Below are positions 16,318 through 29,142 of a DNA stretch of 64,000 bases, one piece after another. Below the pieces are notes generated by a model. The model searched no databases. It was given only the letters and a program-made list of their open reading frames with translations, and was not told the origin of the DNA. The stretch lies in NCBI GenBank assembly GCA_964016885.1, contig CAXHJY010000684.1, positions 1-64,000 of the forward strand. The letters are read 5' to 3'. Position 1 is the stretch's first letter; the number at the start of each line of letters is the position of its first letter. The position numbers were made by a program, and so were the translations under genes. This DNA is from Eledone cirrhosa. Its lineage: Eukaryota.

Positions 16318-16705
16318 AAATACCCTAAAGACTAGCAAATCTCGGAAAGGTAACTGCAGCGAATACGATCAATGATGGCCTTGGCAGACAAAAGCAATAA
16401 TAAAACAACAACGCTAAAGTAAACCTAAAAATATTCAGTGAGAAAATAATAACAAAATCAAAGCAAATTGATAGGTAATCGAATGATTGCAAGAATCGGG
16501 AGAAAATATATAAAATAAAAAAAATAAATGAAAATAGACAAAACAGAAACCGATGGCACCAAAAGAAATTGCTAGAACACCTGCGTCTGAATCTAATATT
16601 AATACGTACATTTACTATACAGGCACACACATTTACCACACATATACATGTATATATATATATATATATATGAAAAAAAATATATACATATATATAATTA
16701 TATAT

Positions 16706-16830
<125 letters not shown>

Positions 16831-16938
16831 TGAATTCAATACAATTACTTTAGAAGAGAAAACAAATAATTTAATGAAAAGCATTGGAATTAAACGTTAT
16901 TTGCCTGGAATATTATCCACACATATATATATGCACAC

Positions 16939-17156
<218 letters not shown>

Positions 17157-17544
17157 CTTGCATACATATATACTTACATACCTACATACATACATGCATA
17201 CATACATACATATATAAATAGAGAGAGAGAGAGTGGAGGATGACAGGTATTGACTAGATATATAGATTTATGGTTATATAGATTATCTGAGAAATACATA
17301 GATATTGTTAGCGCTAGCGGCGATGGTGATGGCGTTTTCCTCCATTATGGAGTTTGTTTCCTATGTTTCTGAAAAAGCTGAGACCACTTGCTAGTGATTT
17401 TAGTTAATGTGGTGAAACAGTCTCACATTCGATTGCTGCAATATTTGTTCTTCAAAGCTGCTCCGGCAGTAAGCCTATTCGGCTACCGAGGAATGCCAGT
17501 CTCCGTGTCTCTAATATCCAGGTTTGATGTGTTATTATAATGTA

Positions 17545-18119
17545 CTAGCAGTGGTACCCTGCGTTGCACGGGATAAGGTATTGTGAAATATATAACCACC
17601 TTAGCTAAGCTTAGTATTGCCACAACCACGGCTGGCAAAGAAGTAAGGGTCTGGTGGAACGTAAGTAAGCAACACTGGCTTAAAACGCGAGGAAGAACTT
17701 GTGTGCACTTACCAACTGTTTGGGGAATGAGTGTGAGATTTGTCTTGAGCAAGGGTGGCGGAACCACCGGAGGCAGAAGACAGCCAGACATGCAGACAGA
17801 TATTATAAGGGCCCGTTCTAGACGCAGAGCGAATTGTAGGAAGTTACCTAATGCAGTCAGTCAGACATACATACAGATATTATAAGGGCGCGACTTTATA
17901 TGTATGTATCTATCTAAAAATAGAAAAACTAAGAATTATAGAGAGACATCACTAAATCACCTAATGCGGTCCCTAGAGCATTTTTTGGCTGAGAACACTC
18001 CCTGAAACATAAATATTACATGTGTAAAGTTTGAAAACAGTCAGTTGGGTGGTTCTCTAGTTTTAGGGATTCAAACTCATACACACACAGACAGACATCC
18101 TCAGTTTTATATATGTAGA
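17545..18119 (-). mobile_element. Non-autonomous Helitron, copy 1
   Basis: Minus strand starts A|TC(TACATATATAAAACTG) and ends with hairpin CCCGTGCAACGCAGGG then CTAG|T; the 5' ~250 bp is shared with 26880-27230. Confidence 0.75.
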
Positions 18120-18521
18120 TAAGGGCCATGACATGGACATTGTTGAGTTGTGATGAGGAATTTTTACCTTAGAATAAAATATGATGTAATATATTCAGAA
18201 AGACTCTTCTTAAGACGCTTTAAAAATTCGGCTCCTCTATAGTAATGGTCTGTATCATTTATCAGTCTCGAACGCTTAGAAAGCAAAATTGTCGGGATGA
18301 CGGGATTTAAACTTGGAGGACAAAATCCTGGAATGAATAAGGCAAGACATTATATTCTACGATATTGACGTTGCCAATTTGCCAATTTGCCAAATACATT
18401 TATAAGGTGTATATATATATATATATATATATAAATTTGCGTGCAAAAAAAATAAATTTGTGCTCCGGCATGACCTTTGCTCAAATGGTTAAGGCAAACT
18501 AAAAAATATATATATATATAT

Positions 18522-18728
18522 GAAAAACCACAGACCCTCCATCTCAACTCACCTTTTGAAAAGCAGAAGAACTGCGAAACCGGTAAAGGAACCAAATAAA
18601 TATATATATTTTTTAAAAAAATAAGACTTCAGTTGCATTTTCGATTTCATCTCTTTTTCTGTATACTTTCACTCGTGTAAGACACCTCGGTTATTTTTCA
18701 TTTTGTAAAAAAAAACCTCACTTTCTAA
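18522..18728 (+). mobile_element. TA-embedded hammerhead cassette family A, copy 2
   Basis: Matches 7036-7241; flanked by TA repeats. Confidence 0.85.
18552..18589 (+). ncRNA. Minimal type I hammerhead ribozyme motif (U3-A8 variant)
   Basis: CCTT / TTGAAAA / GCAG-AAGAA-CTGC / GAAA / C-CG-G-T-A / AAGG: stem I CCTT:AAGG, stem II GCAG:CTGC, palindromic stem III ACCGGT, GUA triplet. Confidence 0.75.
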
Positions 18729-18812
18729 TATATATATTTTTTAGTTTGCCTTAGCCATTTGAGCAAAGGTCATGCCGGAGCACAAATTTATTTTATATAC
18801 ATATATATATAT

Positions 18813-19500
<688 letters not shown>

Positions 19501-20136
19501 CACACACACAAATATATATATTTATTTATTTATTTATACATACATACCAACATACATACATACACTTATATAAAATAATCCATATATTCTTATATATGCA
19601 TGTGTGTTTTTATGTGTGTATGTACCGGTTTGTTTCAGCTTCTACGACTTATGAGCGTGGGGAAGGTTTTACGTTGTTGCTACGTAGATGGAAATGCGCG
19701 TTCTTATACTGAGAGATTTATCCTCTTAACGAGGCGTATTCAATTGAATTATATGATTGTTAAAGCTAGAATAATATTATCCAAAATTCAAATGTTACTC
19801 ACAAAGGAAGGTCTATTGAACTGTAAAATATAGATTTATGCTATAACTTGCAGAAAGGATTGGATAGAGTAAAATAAGACTACACTATCTCCAGTCTCTT
19901 TAAGTACCATAGTATGATTTATCTTTGTGGTCTCCGCGGAATTTGATTGATTTAATACAGCCACACACACACACACACACACACACATGTACACACCCCG
20001 AAATAAAGAAACAAAGACAAGCACATACATACACAAACACAGGCACAAAATCACATACGTATACCAATGTAAAAGTAGAGTCTAACTATATATACGTTTG
20101 TACACACTTACACTTTCACGTGTACAATATATATAT

Positions 20137-20225
<89 letters not shown>

Positions 20226-20280
20226 GAGACACAGAGACGCACAGACACACAGATACACACACAGACACACATACACTCAG

Positions 20281-20313
<33 letters not shown>

Positions 20314-22272
20314 GAGAGAGAGGGGGTGGTTAGATGGATAGATAGATAGATAGATAATTAAATAAAGAAGGGTAGAAAGAGTAAGTCAGAGCGAGTGAGC
20401 GACAGAGAGACAAGCTTTAGCTAAATGGATAGTCATAATTCGTTTTAAAACCACGTTTAAATATTTAGAGATAACTATACAGCTACTGAATGTTATTATA
20501 TAAATAATACATAAAATAAGTATACCATAGCTATTACCATCTTGTGTGACATCATCCAAAATTGAATAAAATACACGCCTCTATATGCTTTTCCTCATAA
20601 GTAAACACATCTAAAATACAAACGCACATACATATGCATACACTCACACATATATAGATATGTGTATATATATATGTGTGCGTGTGTGTGCATCGGTGCC
20701 TGTGTTTATAATGTGTATGTATGTATGTATGGATGGATGTGTGTATGTAGGTTTGTATGCATATATGGATGGATGTAAGTATGTATGTACGTGCGAATAT
20801 GTTAAATTGTGAAATACAGTTATTTCGGACGCGAAAGAATAGTTGGGTGAAGTTATAAACATTTGGTATATCTACGAATTTTATATATGTATTCATAATG
20901 ATTGATTCCTTTCGGTATGTTACTAATCTGTCGATTTTGTAATCACGAAATGCTGATATTTGAAGATTAACGCGCCATTACCAAATGCAATCTTTAAACG
21001 GAGCGTTGAAAATATGCAAGACTTTTATAAACTCAATAGCTAACTCTACATTTCTTATATCTGATATATTAATTCTAGTGATAGGATTTTGTTTTTTTGT
21101 AAGAACCCATATCCTTCTTCATAATAAAAATCCCAAATATTAAAGCGAAAAAGGTAACAAAAAGGTAACATAAACATACATATATACATACTTGCAACTA
21201 ATTTCTTTTTTACTATAAGACAAAAGGTCGCATACGTAGAAACGGTAACGTGTTGTATCACCACATTCTGGTCAAGTGTTTGAACTAACGAATCCCTCGA
21301 TTGGTCATTTATTAATGGATATTTTACTGCATTTAAAAAAAAATATCCTAATTGACTTCATATTGTCTTGTTGTTGTTGACGGAGAAAAGACATTGAGAC
21401 AAATGGCAGTAAGAGAATTCACCAGCCAAATTATATATGCAAACGTGAACATTTTCCCTTGCATTGTGGACATTTTTCTCATTATCTATCAAATTGTAAA
21501 CATTCTGTGAGGAAATTTCTAGATCAATTTGTTTCCGCTAATACAAAATAATTTATATTGGGAAGTGATAGTAACCATGTTGATGGTTATGATGACTTTA
21601 ATAGAGTTTGTTTTGTTAGAGGAGGATAGTGGCAATTATTGTGAAGTAGATGATGATGATGATGATGATGATGATTGCTATCACTAAGGTTGTCAATATA
21701 ACCACTGCCGTTATCTTTTATAATCAACATCATCGCTCTTATATCCAAGTACATCATAATCATCGTCATCATCACCACCTTCATCACTAACATCCTACTC
21801 ATTCTCATCATTATCATTATCATCATCATCATCATCTTCATCATCAACAAGATCATCATCATCATTCTCAATAAAAACAACAGCAACAACGTCATCGTCA
21901 TCATTTCTAACTGATATTTTCAAGCAATATTGACAAAGTAACATTTGAAAGAAAAGGATTTTTTTAGAATGTACATACTACTATAAAATATTCATAATTT
22001 CCATTGATGAGCCCCTTTCAAGTTCTTTTTGATTCTTCTCTTAAAATTTCTCACTTTTATCTCTTACTCTCTTGCACTCTCCCCCAATTTCACTGTCACA
22101 CTGGCTTTCTCTCCCCAAAGACTATCTTCTAAAGCAAACACATCTTACTACATGCACACAGCTGCAACAAGGACATAACACAACAGAGAAACCATCTTGA
22201 AAAAAAATCATGTAAATCTGAGGCAGATAAGCCATTTTACATGTTCATTGACACCCACAAGCATTAGTCAAC

Positions 22273-22328
<56 letters not shown>

Positions 22329-22384
22329 ACATATATATTTATATATGTATATATATTTATATAATTATATATATATAAATATAT

Positions 22385-22419
<35 letters not shown>

Positions 22420-23262
22420 TGGTACATATATATATATATATATATATAAATATACATATATGGTACATATATATATATATATATATGCGTATATGCGTTT
22501 GTGTGTAAGTGTTTTTGTGTTTATGTATGACTTTGTTTGTACGCTTGGTTGAGCTGCTGGGTATGTAATTTCTGTCTTTTTTAAATATTTTTTTAAACTA
22601 TTACCTCCTTATGTATCACAAGAAAATTATTTTTGTTTCAATGTCGATAACATTGCTGATAGTTATCAAAATATTTGAGAAGAAAGACCGACTGCATCGG
22701 CAGCCATTTAAATCCCAGGTGACATCATTGCATACCTGAGAAATAATGGATTATTATAAGAAATACTTTATGTCTAGTTCTTGTCATTTTATTTCTATTT
22801 TTTATCTCATATATTGTTGTTGTTAATATTTGATTTTACTTCATCATCATCATCATCATCATCATTTTTTTGTTTTTGTTGTTGTTGTTGCTGTTGTCGT
22901 CGTCGTCGTCGTTGTTGTTGTTGTTGTTATCATCATCATCATCATCATCATTATTATTGCTATTTAGCAGATAGAAAGGAAAGTAAGGATGAAGTATAGG
23001 TTGGGGGAGATTGCGTCGTGGTTAAAATTATATATTCACAATATATTACTTGTACACTCATACATCATATTCGCGGGTAGCCGAAATCCTGTAGGGTGTA
23101 TTGATAGGCCTTGTGTGACTGTATCCCTATTGATACCTAAAGAAACAATAGTTATATATTTATAATTTGCATTGGTTTTTCTCATTTCGCTTTCGTATTG
23201 GTTTATCCCTTTATGATACCCATATAGTTTATAAAGACATTGTTGTTATTATTGTTATTCTT

Positions 23263-23532
23263 CGAAATTAACTTTGCCTTTCATCATTACGGTGTCGATA
23301 AAATAAAGTACCAGTAATGAACTGGAATAATTGCTGAGGGCAAGGGGGTGGATTGGCAGTATCGGTAGAGGGTCGGACGCCATGCTTTGCAGCAACGAGT
23401 TACGGCCCTTTATGGTCTGAGTTCAAATCCCGCCGAGGTTAACTTTGCCTTTCATCATTACAGGGTCGATAAAATAAAGTACCAGTAATACACTTGGTAA
23501 TTGATGGCCTTGTGCCAAAAGTAGAAACAATT
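23263..23532 (+). mobile_element. SINE family 1: truncated copy (23263-23335) followed by a full copy (23344-23532)
   Basis: Same A/B boxes, central domain and tail as 4132-4320; ends in (ATT)n. Confidence 0.9.
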
Positions 23533-23559
23533 ATTATTATTATTGTTATTTTTATTTTC

Positions 23560-24442
23560 TTTCATTATTGTTTCTGATAATAAATTTACAGTGTGCATTG
23601 GTAAGCCAGTTAATACAGCACATTGATTGTAATTAAAAAAAAAATAATAACATTATACATATATACACATGTGCATATGCATATGTAAATACAAGGAGGG
23701 ATATCAATCTTACAGAGATAGTGCTCTTCTCAATACGTGTGCAGTACCAGTCAAAACAATTCTTTGCACCTCGTGCAGAGAGAGTAAACCAGGAATCATT
23801 CGCAAATATTGTTCTGTTCCTTTCTTGATCATTCCCAGTCCTCCCACAATCACTGGTATTGTAACTGCCTGGAGGTGCCACATTTTCTCAATTTCAATAA
23901 GCAGATCTTTATATTTTCGTAGCTTGTCAAATTCTTTTGCCGCGATATTGTGTTCACATGGGATGCTCATATCTATCAATAAACAGACCTTGTTATGTTG
24001 ATCGTTTACAATGATGTCAGGTCTATTTGCTTTTATGGTCCTGTCAGTATGTACAGGAAAGTCCCAGAGAATTGTTACTTTTTCTCCTTCAGATACAGCC
24101 TCAGGGTGATGATTGTACCACTTGTCTTCAGCTTTGATTTTGAAATGCCGACATATTACCCAGTGTAGATATTGGCCAACTCTGTCATGTCTATATTTGT
24201 ATTCTACTCTCCGCCTTTAGCCCGGAACTGCGTAGCCACAGATGGGTGTGCTTTTGGTTAACATCAGCTTGTTTGCTACGGGCCACATATTTGTCATGCA
24301 GAGGTTTCTGCTCCCAATTTGATGCTAATTGTCCTTGCCCTTTTGCTTTTGCCAGTCATTTTATGTGCCTAACAGCATCAATTGAAACAGTTTGTTTAGT
24401 CTGTCCAGCCTGGGTATCAAGCTTGCGATCAGTAGCATATTT
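23560..24442 (-). mobile_element. R4/Dong-like LINE 3' fragment 1 (internally deleted)
   Basis: Minus-strand translation WEQKPLHDKY...THLWLRSSGLKAE joins YKYRHDRVGQYLHW...ILWDFPVHTDRTIKANRPDII...LIDMSIP...KLRKYKDL...PVIVGGLG; RHD, RPD and KxxKY restriction-like endonuclease motifs; AAT repeats at both ends. Confidence 0.9.
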
Positions 24443-24489
24443 TTTGTTATTATTATTGTTATTATTATTATTATTATTATTATTGTTCT

Positions 24490-24948
24490 TTGAGTCTCAG
24501 TCATTGATGTTATTTAACTGGAAAGTTTGTTGAAATGAATATCAAGCCACTACCTGCAGCCTCAGATATTCAGGACGTATCGGAGGGTTCTTGCTGTTCC
24601 CAGCAAGCATGCCTTTTGAAGCGTTCCAAAAAGCGTGGCGGGGCCAATTTTCTTTAACCATCCCTGGAAACTTTTTGAGATAGTACCTAGTGCGCCTATG
24701 ACAATCGGGACCACTTTGATTTCATGGCAGTTCCAAATCCTTTTTACTTCCCACTTTAAGTCCTGGTATCGGTTAATTTTCTCCCTCTCCTTCTCTTGCA
24801 CTCTCGTGTCGAATGGGCAGGCCTCATCCACAATCAGGCACGATCTTTTTTCCTTGTCCAAAACCACCAGGTCAGGTCTATTGTGTTCCAGTTTCTTGTC
24901 CGTCTGTATCCTAAAATCCCACAGCACCTTCACCTGATCGTTTTCTAT
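24490..24948 (-). mobile_element. R4/Dong-like LINE 3' fragment 2 (distinct family)
   Basis: ORF 24562-24981: VLWDFRIQTDKKLEHNRPDLVV...DEACPFD...EKINRYQDL...PIVIGALG; (TAA)n on both flanks. Confidence 0.9.
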
Positions 24949-24968
24949 ATTATTATTATTATTATTAT

Positions 24969-25084
24969 GATCTGAGTTCAAATCCCGCCGAGGTTAACTT
25001 TGCCTTTCATCCTTCCGGGGTCGATAGAATAAAGTACCAGTAATGCATTGGGTAATTGCTGGCCTTGTGCCAAAAGTAGAAACA

Positions 25085-25087
<3 letters not shown>
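24969..25087 (+). mobile_element. SINE family 1, 5'-truncated
   Basis: B box through tail; (ATT)n on both sides. Confidence 0.9.
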
Positions 25088-25120
<33 letters not shown>

Positions 25121-26544
25121 TACTGTTATTTTTGTTGTTGCTGTTGTTATACGTATCGGGCGTGCTTCGCCTTGTTCTCAGTAATGTGTTGAATTTTACC
25201 AAGTTTCATTTAACTAAACAAATTTTCTATTGTGGAGTATTTACAAACAAGGGATTCTGGAGTTTTCGGACGTCAACCCCATTACCTTGGGGCGGACAAA
25301 AAGGTCTGTGTTTTAAGCATTTTTGAAATTTTATATATATACTTATTTGCAACATTTTCAAGATGGCCCCTTCGTCAGAAGTAGCGTTGAGAAGTAATTT
25401 CTATATAATTAACTAACACAAATCTCGCCCATAAAATTATTGGAAAAGAAAAAAAATATGTTTGAAAGTTCTAAAAGTAAAAGCACAGACTAAAACAAGA
25501 CAGCAAAGAAAAATGGTGACATTCAAACAAATAGATATGTTTACAAATATAAGCGTACGCAGTGATACTTTGAATACCTAGAGGAAAATATAAAGGAATA
25601 CTTCTAAAATGTAGATACAGACCCTGCTTTTACAATTCTCATCCCCGTCGACAATAACAAAAACAGTTTTGTTTTAGTTTTATACACAAATAAATAAAAA
25701 TCTCTAAACATTGGTCGGATCGATTGAAATTTTAAGATTGAGAGAGATATTACAACATTTCCACCACTTTGTATCAAGATTTTATCGAAAATAAAGGGGT
25801 AAGGCGGAGTGTAACATACATCTGCTTCTCAAAAAACTTAGGAGCATTCACTGCACCATCATGGGCACACTAAAATTAAATTATTGTCATTGTCTGGGGT
25901 AATCTCGTTTCCTGAGTCCAAGGTACGACATAGGGGTGTGATTTTCTTGGTTTCGAAATCAAGGACGAGGTAAAGCATCAGGCTTAGTTGGTATACTTGC
26001 CTACATGCTCGTACCTTAAATATATGAATATATTGACGAAATTTAAACTAACGAGTAAACGAAGGAATCCATTTGTTATCGATGAATTAGTTAAAACTAG
26101 CAGAATGGCCCGGCGTTGTTCGGTATTTTCTCTAGGGTTCTTATATATTTGATATATATTTATCCTTCTCAAGCTTCGTGAAGTAAATACGTTTGTTTAT
26201 ATTTTGTTATTGAGTATGCAAAAATATCTGTACGCGAATATATATATAACAGTACAGAGAAGTACGGAATACCTTGGCCTCGGGTTGCTGTCTACATTTT
26301 GTGCTTATAAAAAAAAATTCGTCGTACATTACCAGAGTTTTTTCCGTTCGAAGAAAATCAATAGTTTTTCGCGAAATAAATACTTTTGTTTATATGTGTA
26401 TGCAAAAATATCTGTACACGAATGTATAATTATAATTATATATATATATATTAAAATAACAGATTAAAGTTTAAGCAAAGAATCGCAGTTTTCACCCTTA
26501 ACGGGATCTTCTGAAACTAGAATAATAAATCTGTGATTTATTAT

Positions 26545-26580
<36 letters not shown>

Positions 26581-26581
<1 letters not shown>

Positions 26582-26810
26582 TCGTTTCTGAAATTGTTTA
26601 GCAAGATTCTTTACCTGAAAACGTGCGTTGAAACCGATATTGTTATGCTTTGGGAGGGTCATGTTTCCAATAAGAAACACACGCACCAGTTGCTTTCACG
26701 CCAATTTATTATAAATTAAATTAATAAATTTAATTTATAATAAATTGGAGTGAAAGCATGGCGCGTGTGTTTCTTATTGGCAACATGACCCTCCCAAAGC
26801 ATAACAATAT
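26581..26810 (+). mobile_element. TA-embedded fold-back cassette family C
   Basis: Arms 26637-26722 and ~26727-26810 are inverted; a copy without the long inverted arm is at 49301-49441; degenerate CTGAAAA...GAAACCGATA. Confidence 0.8.
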
Positions 26811-26905
26811 ATATATATATATATATATATACACTATACACACACACACACACACAGCGTCATAATGACGTAGTGCAGACAGCCAGGCATACAGACAGAT
26901 ATTAT

Positions 26906-26945
26906 AATTGTTTCTACTTTTGGCACAAGGCCAGCAATTACCCAA
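26906..26945 (-). mobile_element. 40-bp 3' tail of SINE family 1 with TSD
   Basis: TSD ACAGATATTATAAT at 26895-26908 and 26947-26960. Confidence 0.85.
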
Positions 26946-27594
26946 TACAGATATTATAATGGCGCAACGTTATATCTATGTATTTATCTAAAAAGAGAAA
27001 GACTAAGAATTATAGAGATAGATCGCTAAATCGCCTAATGCGATCCCTAGGTGATTGAACATTTGAAATCTTTTGAAATTGAATATTTGAAATTTTTTTG
27101 CTCAAAACACTCACGGGACCATAAGTATTACATGTGTAAAGTTTGAAAAAACTCGGTTGGGTGGTTCTCGAGTTTTAGTGATTGGACAGACAGACAGACA
27201 AACAGACATTCTCTGTTTTAGTAATATAGATAATCGCACAAACGACCTTAAAAGAGAATGGTCATATTGGATAATCCTGCAGCTAATATACATTAACATT
27301 AAATAGGGTGGTCATGGTTTGAAAACCTTTGGTTGTAGGTATACTCAGCCAGGACTGATATATGGCTAAATATGATAAAGAACAACTACAACTGCATTTC
27401 CAAAATTGCCTGATGGAGAAATATCAGATGATACTGACAGAAACAAACGAATCCCAATATCCCTATAACGAAGTTTTAGATACACGAAGCCTGAATGAAA
27501 TACTGGATGGTCATAACTGGAACACGTTTGATCAAGACTTACTTGGAGCGAAACAACAATAACAACAATAAGTGATCTGAATATGACATCCAAT

Positions 27595-27681
27595 AATTGT
27601 TTCTACTCATGGCACAAGGCCAGAAATTACCCAGTGCATTACTGGTACTTTATTTTATCGACCCCGTAAGGATGAAAGGCA
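27595..27681 (-). mobile_element. SINE family 1, 5'-truncated
   Basis: Reverse complement of central domain and tail. Confidence 0.85.
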
Positions 27682-27831
27682 GTGAGCCAGTGTGTGAAAC
27701 ATAATGCAAATCTACTCCATTTTTTTGTAACACTTGCTAGAGAAACGGTTAATTCATAGGTGTGTGTAACGCATACGTATGGTGCATGCATATATGTGTA
27801 CATAGGTGAATAGTATGTCTGTCTGCTTACA

Positions 27832-28112
27832 AAGTCTAAAGTCTCTCTTAAGCCAGAGGCTCGTTAGGCCGGTGCTTATTCCGGTTTCATGGTGTGAAGT
27901 GACTGAGAGTACAATACCCACCTGTTCAGGACGCCAGTCCATCGTGGTGTTAAACACCCAGCTATTGCTGGTATTCGTTTTCAGCTGAGTATACTGGAGC
28001 AACGTGAAATGAAGTGTTTTGCTCAAGAACACAACACGCAACCCAGGAATCGAACCCATGACATTATGATCATAACTCCAACACCGTTACCACTAGGCCA
28101 CGTGCCTTCACC
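27832..28112 (-). mobile_element. tRNA-derived CORE-type SINE family 2
   Basis: Reverse complement has A box TGGCCTAGTGG, B box GGTTCGATTCC, CORE-like GTGTTCTTGAGCAAAACACTTCATTTC and tail GAAACCGGAATAAGCACCGGCCT...GACTTTAGACTTT. Confidence 0.8.
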
Positions 28113-28333
28113 TACTTACATAATTGCTTCTAATTTAGGTACACGTTGACTAATTTGAAGAAAAGTTGAACATTATTTAAATTGACCACTGTTTAACTGG
28201 AATTTTATTGTATCAACCACGGAGGATGGAAGGTAAATCTGAACTTGATGGGAGTTGCACTTAATCTAAAAGATGCAAAGCATTTTGTTCAACACATATT
28301 CTACTAATCCACCGCCCATGCGTGTATATACTT

Positions 28334-28445
28334 AATTGTTTCTATTTTTGGCACAAGACCAGCAATTATATCAGTGCTTACTTTATTTTATCGACACCGT
28401 AAGGATGAAAGGCAAAGTTAACCTCGGCGGGATTCGAACTCAGAA
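28334..28445 (-). mobile_element. SINE family 1 fragment
   Basis: Reverse complement of B box, central domain and tail. Confidence 0.8.
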
Positions 28446-28937
28446 TGGCAAGAACCGTAACTCTAATGTTCGTTGTAATCTTCTTTATAATGAATTGTTG
28501 CTATATTATTATTATTAACATCTATATATATATATGTATATATTATTCAGCGAGAAGCGACATACACCAATATGTAAACAGTCTTCTAGCCATATCTGCT
28601 GATTCAACTCTCATTTTGAAGCTCTTTTACTTTGCGAACATCATTTTATTTGTGCAAAGTAAGACGTAAACCATTTAACACCACATTCTTTCCCCGTCAA
28701 AGGATATAAAAGCCAGTGGCTGAACAAAAGACCATCATATATCAGCTCGAAATATTGACACATTATGGATTCGAATTTGATATTTCTAGCTTTGAAATTC
28801 ACTATTTCTACGAATTCCTATTCCACTGAAATTGATGCTCCTTTTCATCGATATAAACTGATAATATAAAGTACCAGGATTACTTACACATTCTACTATT
28901 CAAATAACTTCCGAGTGACACTTCAACGGAGCTCATT

Positions 28938-29142
28938 CGGTGGATTGGCAGTAGGGCGGTGGATTGGCAGTATCGGTAGAGGGTCGGAAGCCATGCTTTC
29001 CAGCATAGTTACGTCCCTTTACGATTTGAGTTCAAATCCCGCCGAGGTTGACTTTGCCTTTCATCTTTACGGGGTCGATAAAATAAAGTACCAGTAATGC
29101 ACTGGGTAATTGCTGGCCTTGTTCCTAAAGTAGAAACAATTA
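28938..29142 (+). mobile_element. SINE family 1, full length with duplicated 5' 16 nt
   Basis: CGGTGGATTGGCAGTA occurs twice at the head; complete body follows. Confidence 0.9.

Larger units (their letters stand above)
18449..18794. repeat. Inverted repeat pair (family G) enclosing a family A cassette
   Basis: 18449-18512 and 18731-18794 are reverse complements (AAATAAATTTGTGCTCCGGCATGACCTTTGCTCAAATGG.TAAGGCAAACTAAAAAA) with one mismatch. Confidence 0.85.
26097..27230 (-). mobile_element. Non-autonomous Helitron, copy 2, with nested insertions
   Basis: A|TC(TATATTACTAAAACAG) 5' end; imperfect hairpin CCGAACAACGCCGGG then CTAG|T 3' end; shares 5' region with 17545-18119. Confidence 0.7.

Noticed and set aside
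25150-25830. Possible DNA transposon or MITE
   Set aside because: Only a weak terminal match (CGCCTT/AAGGCG); no clear TIR or TSD
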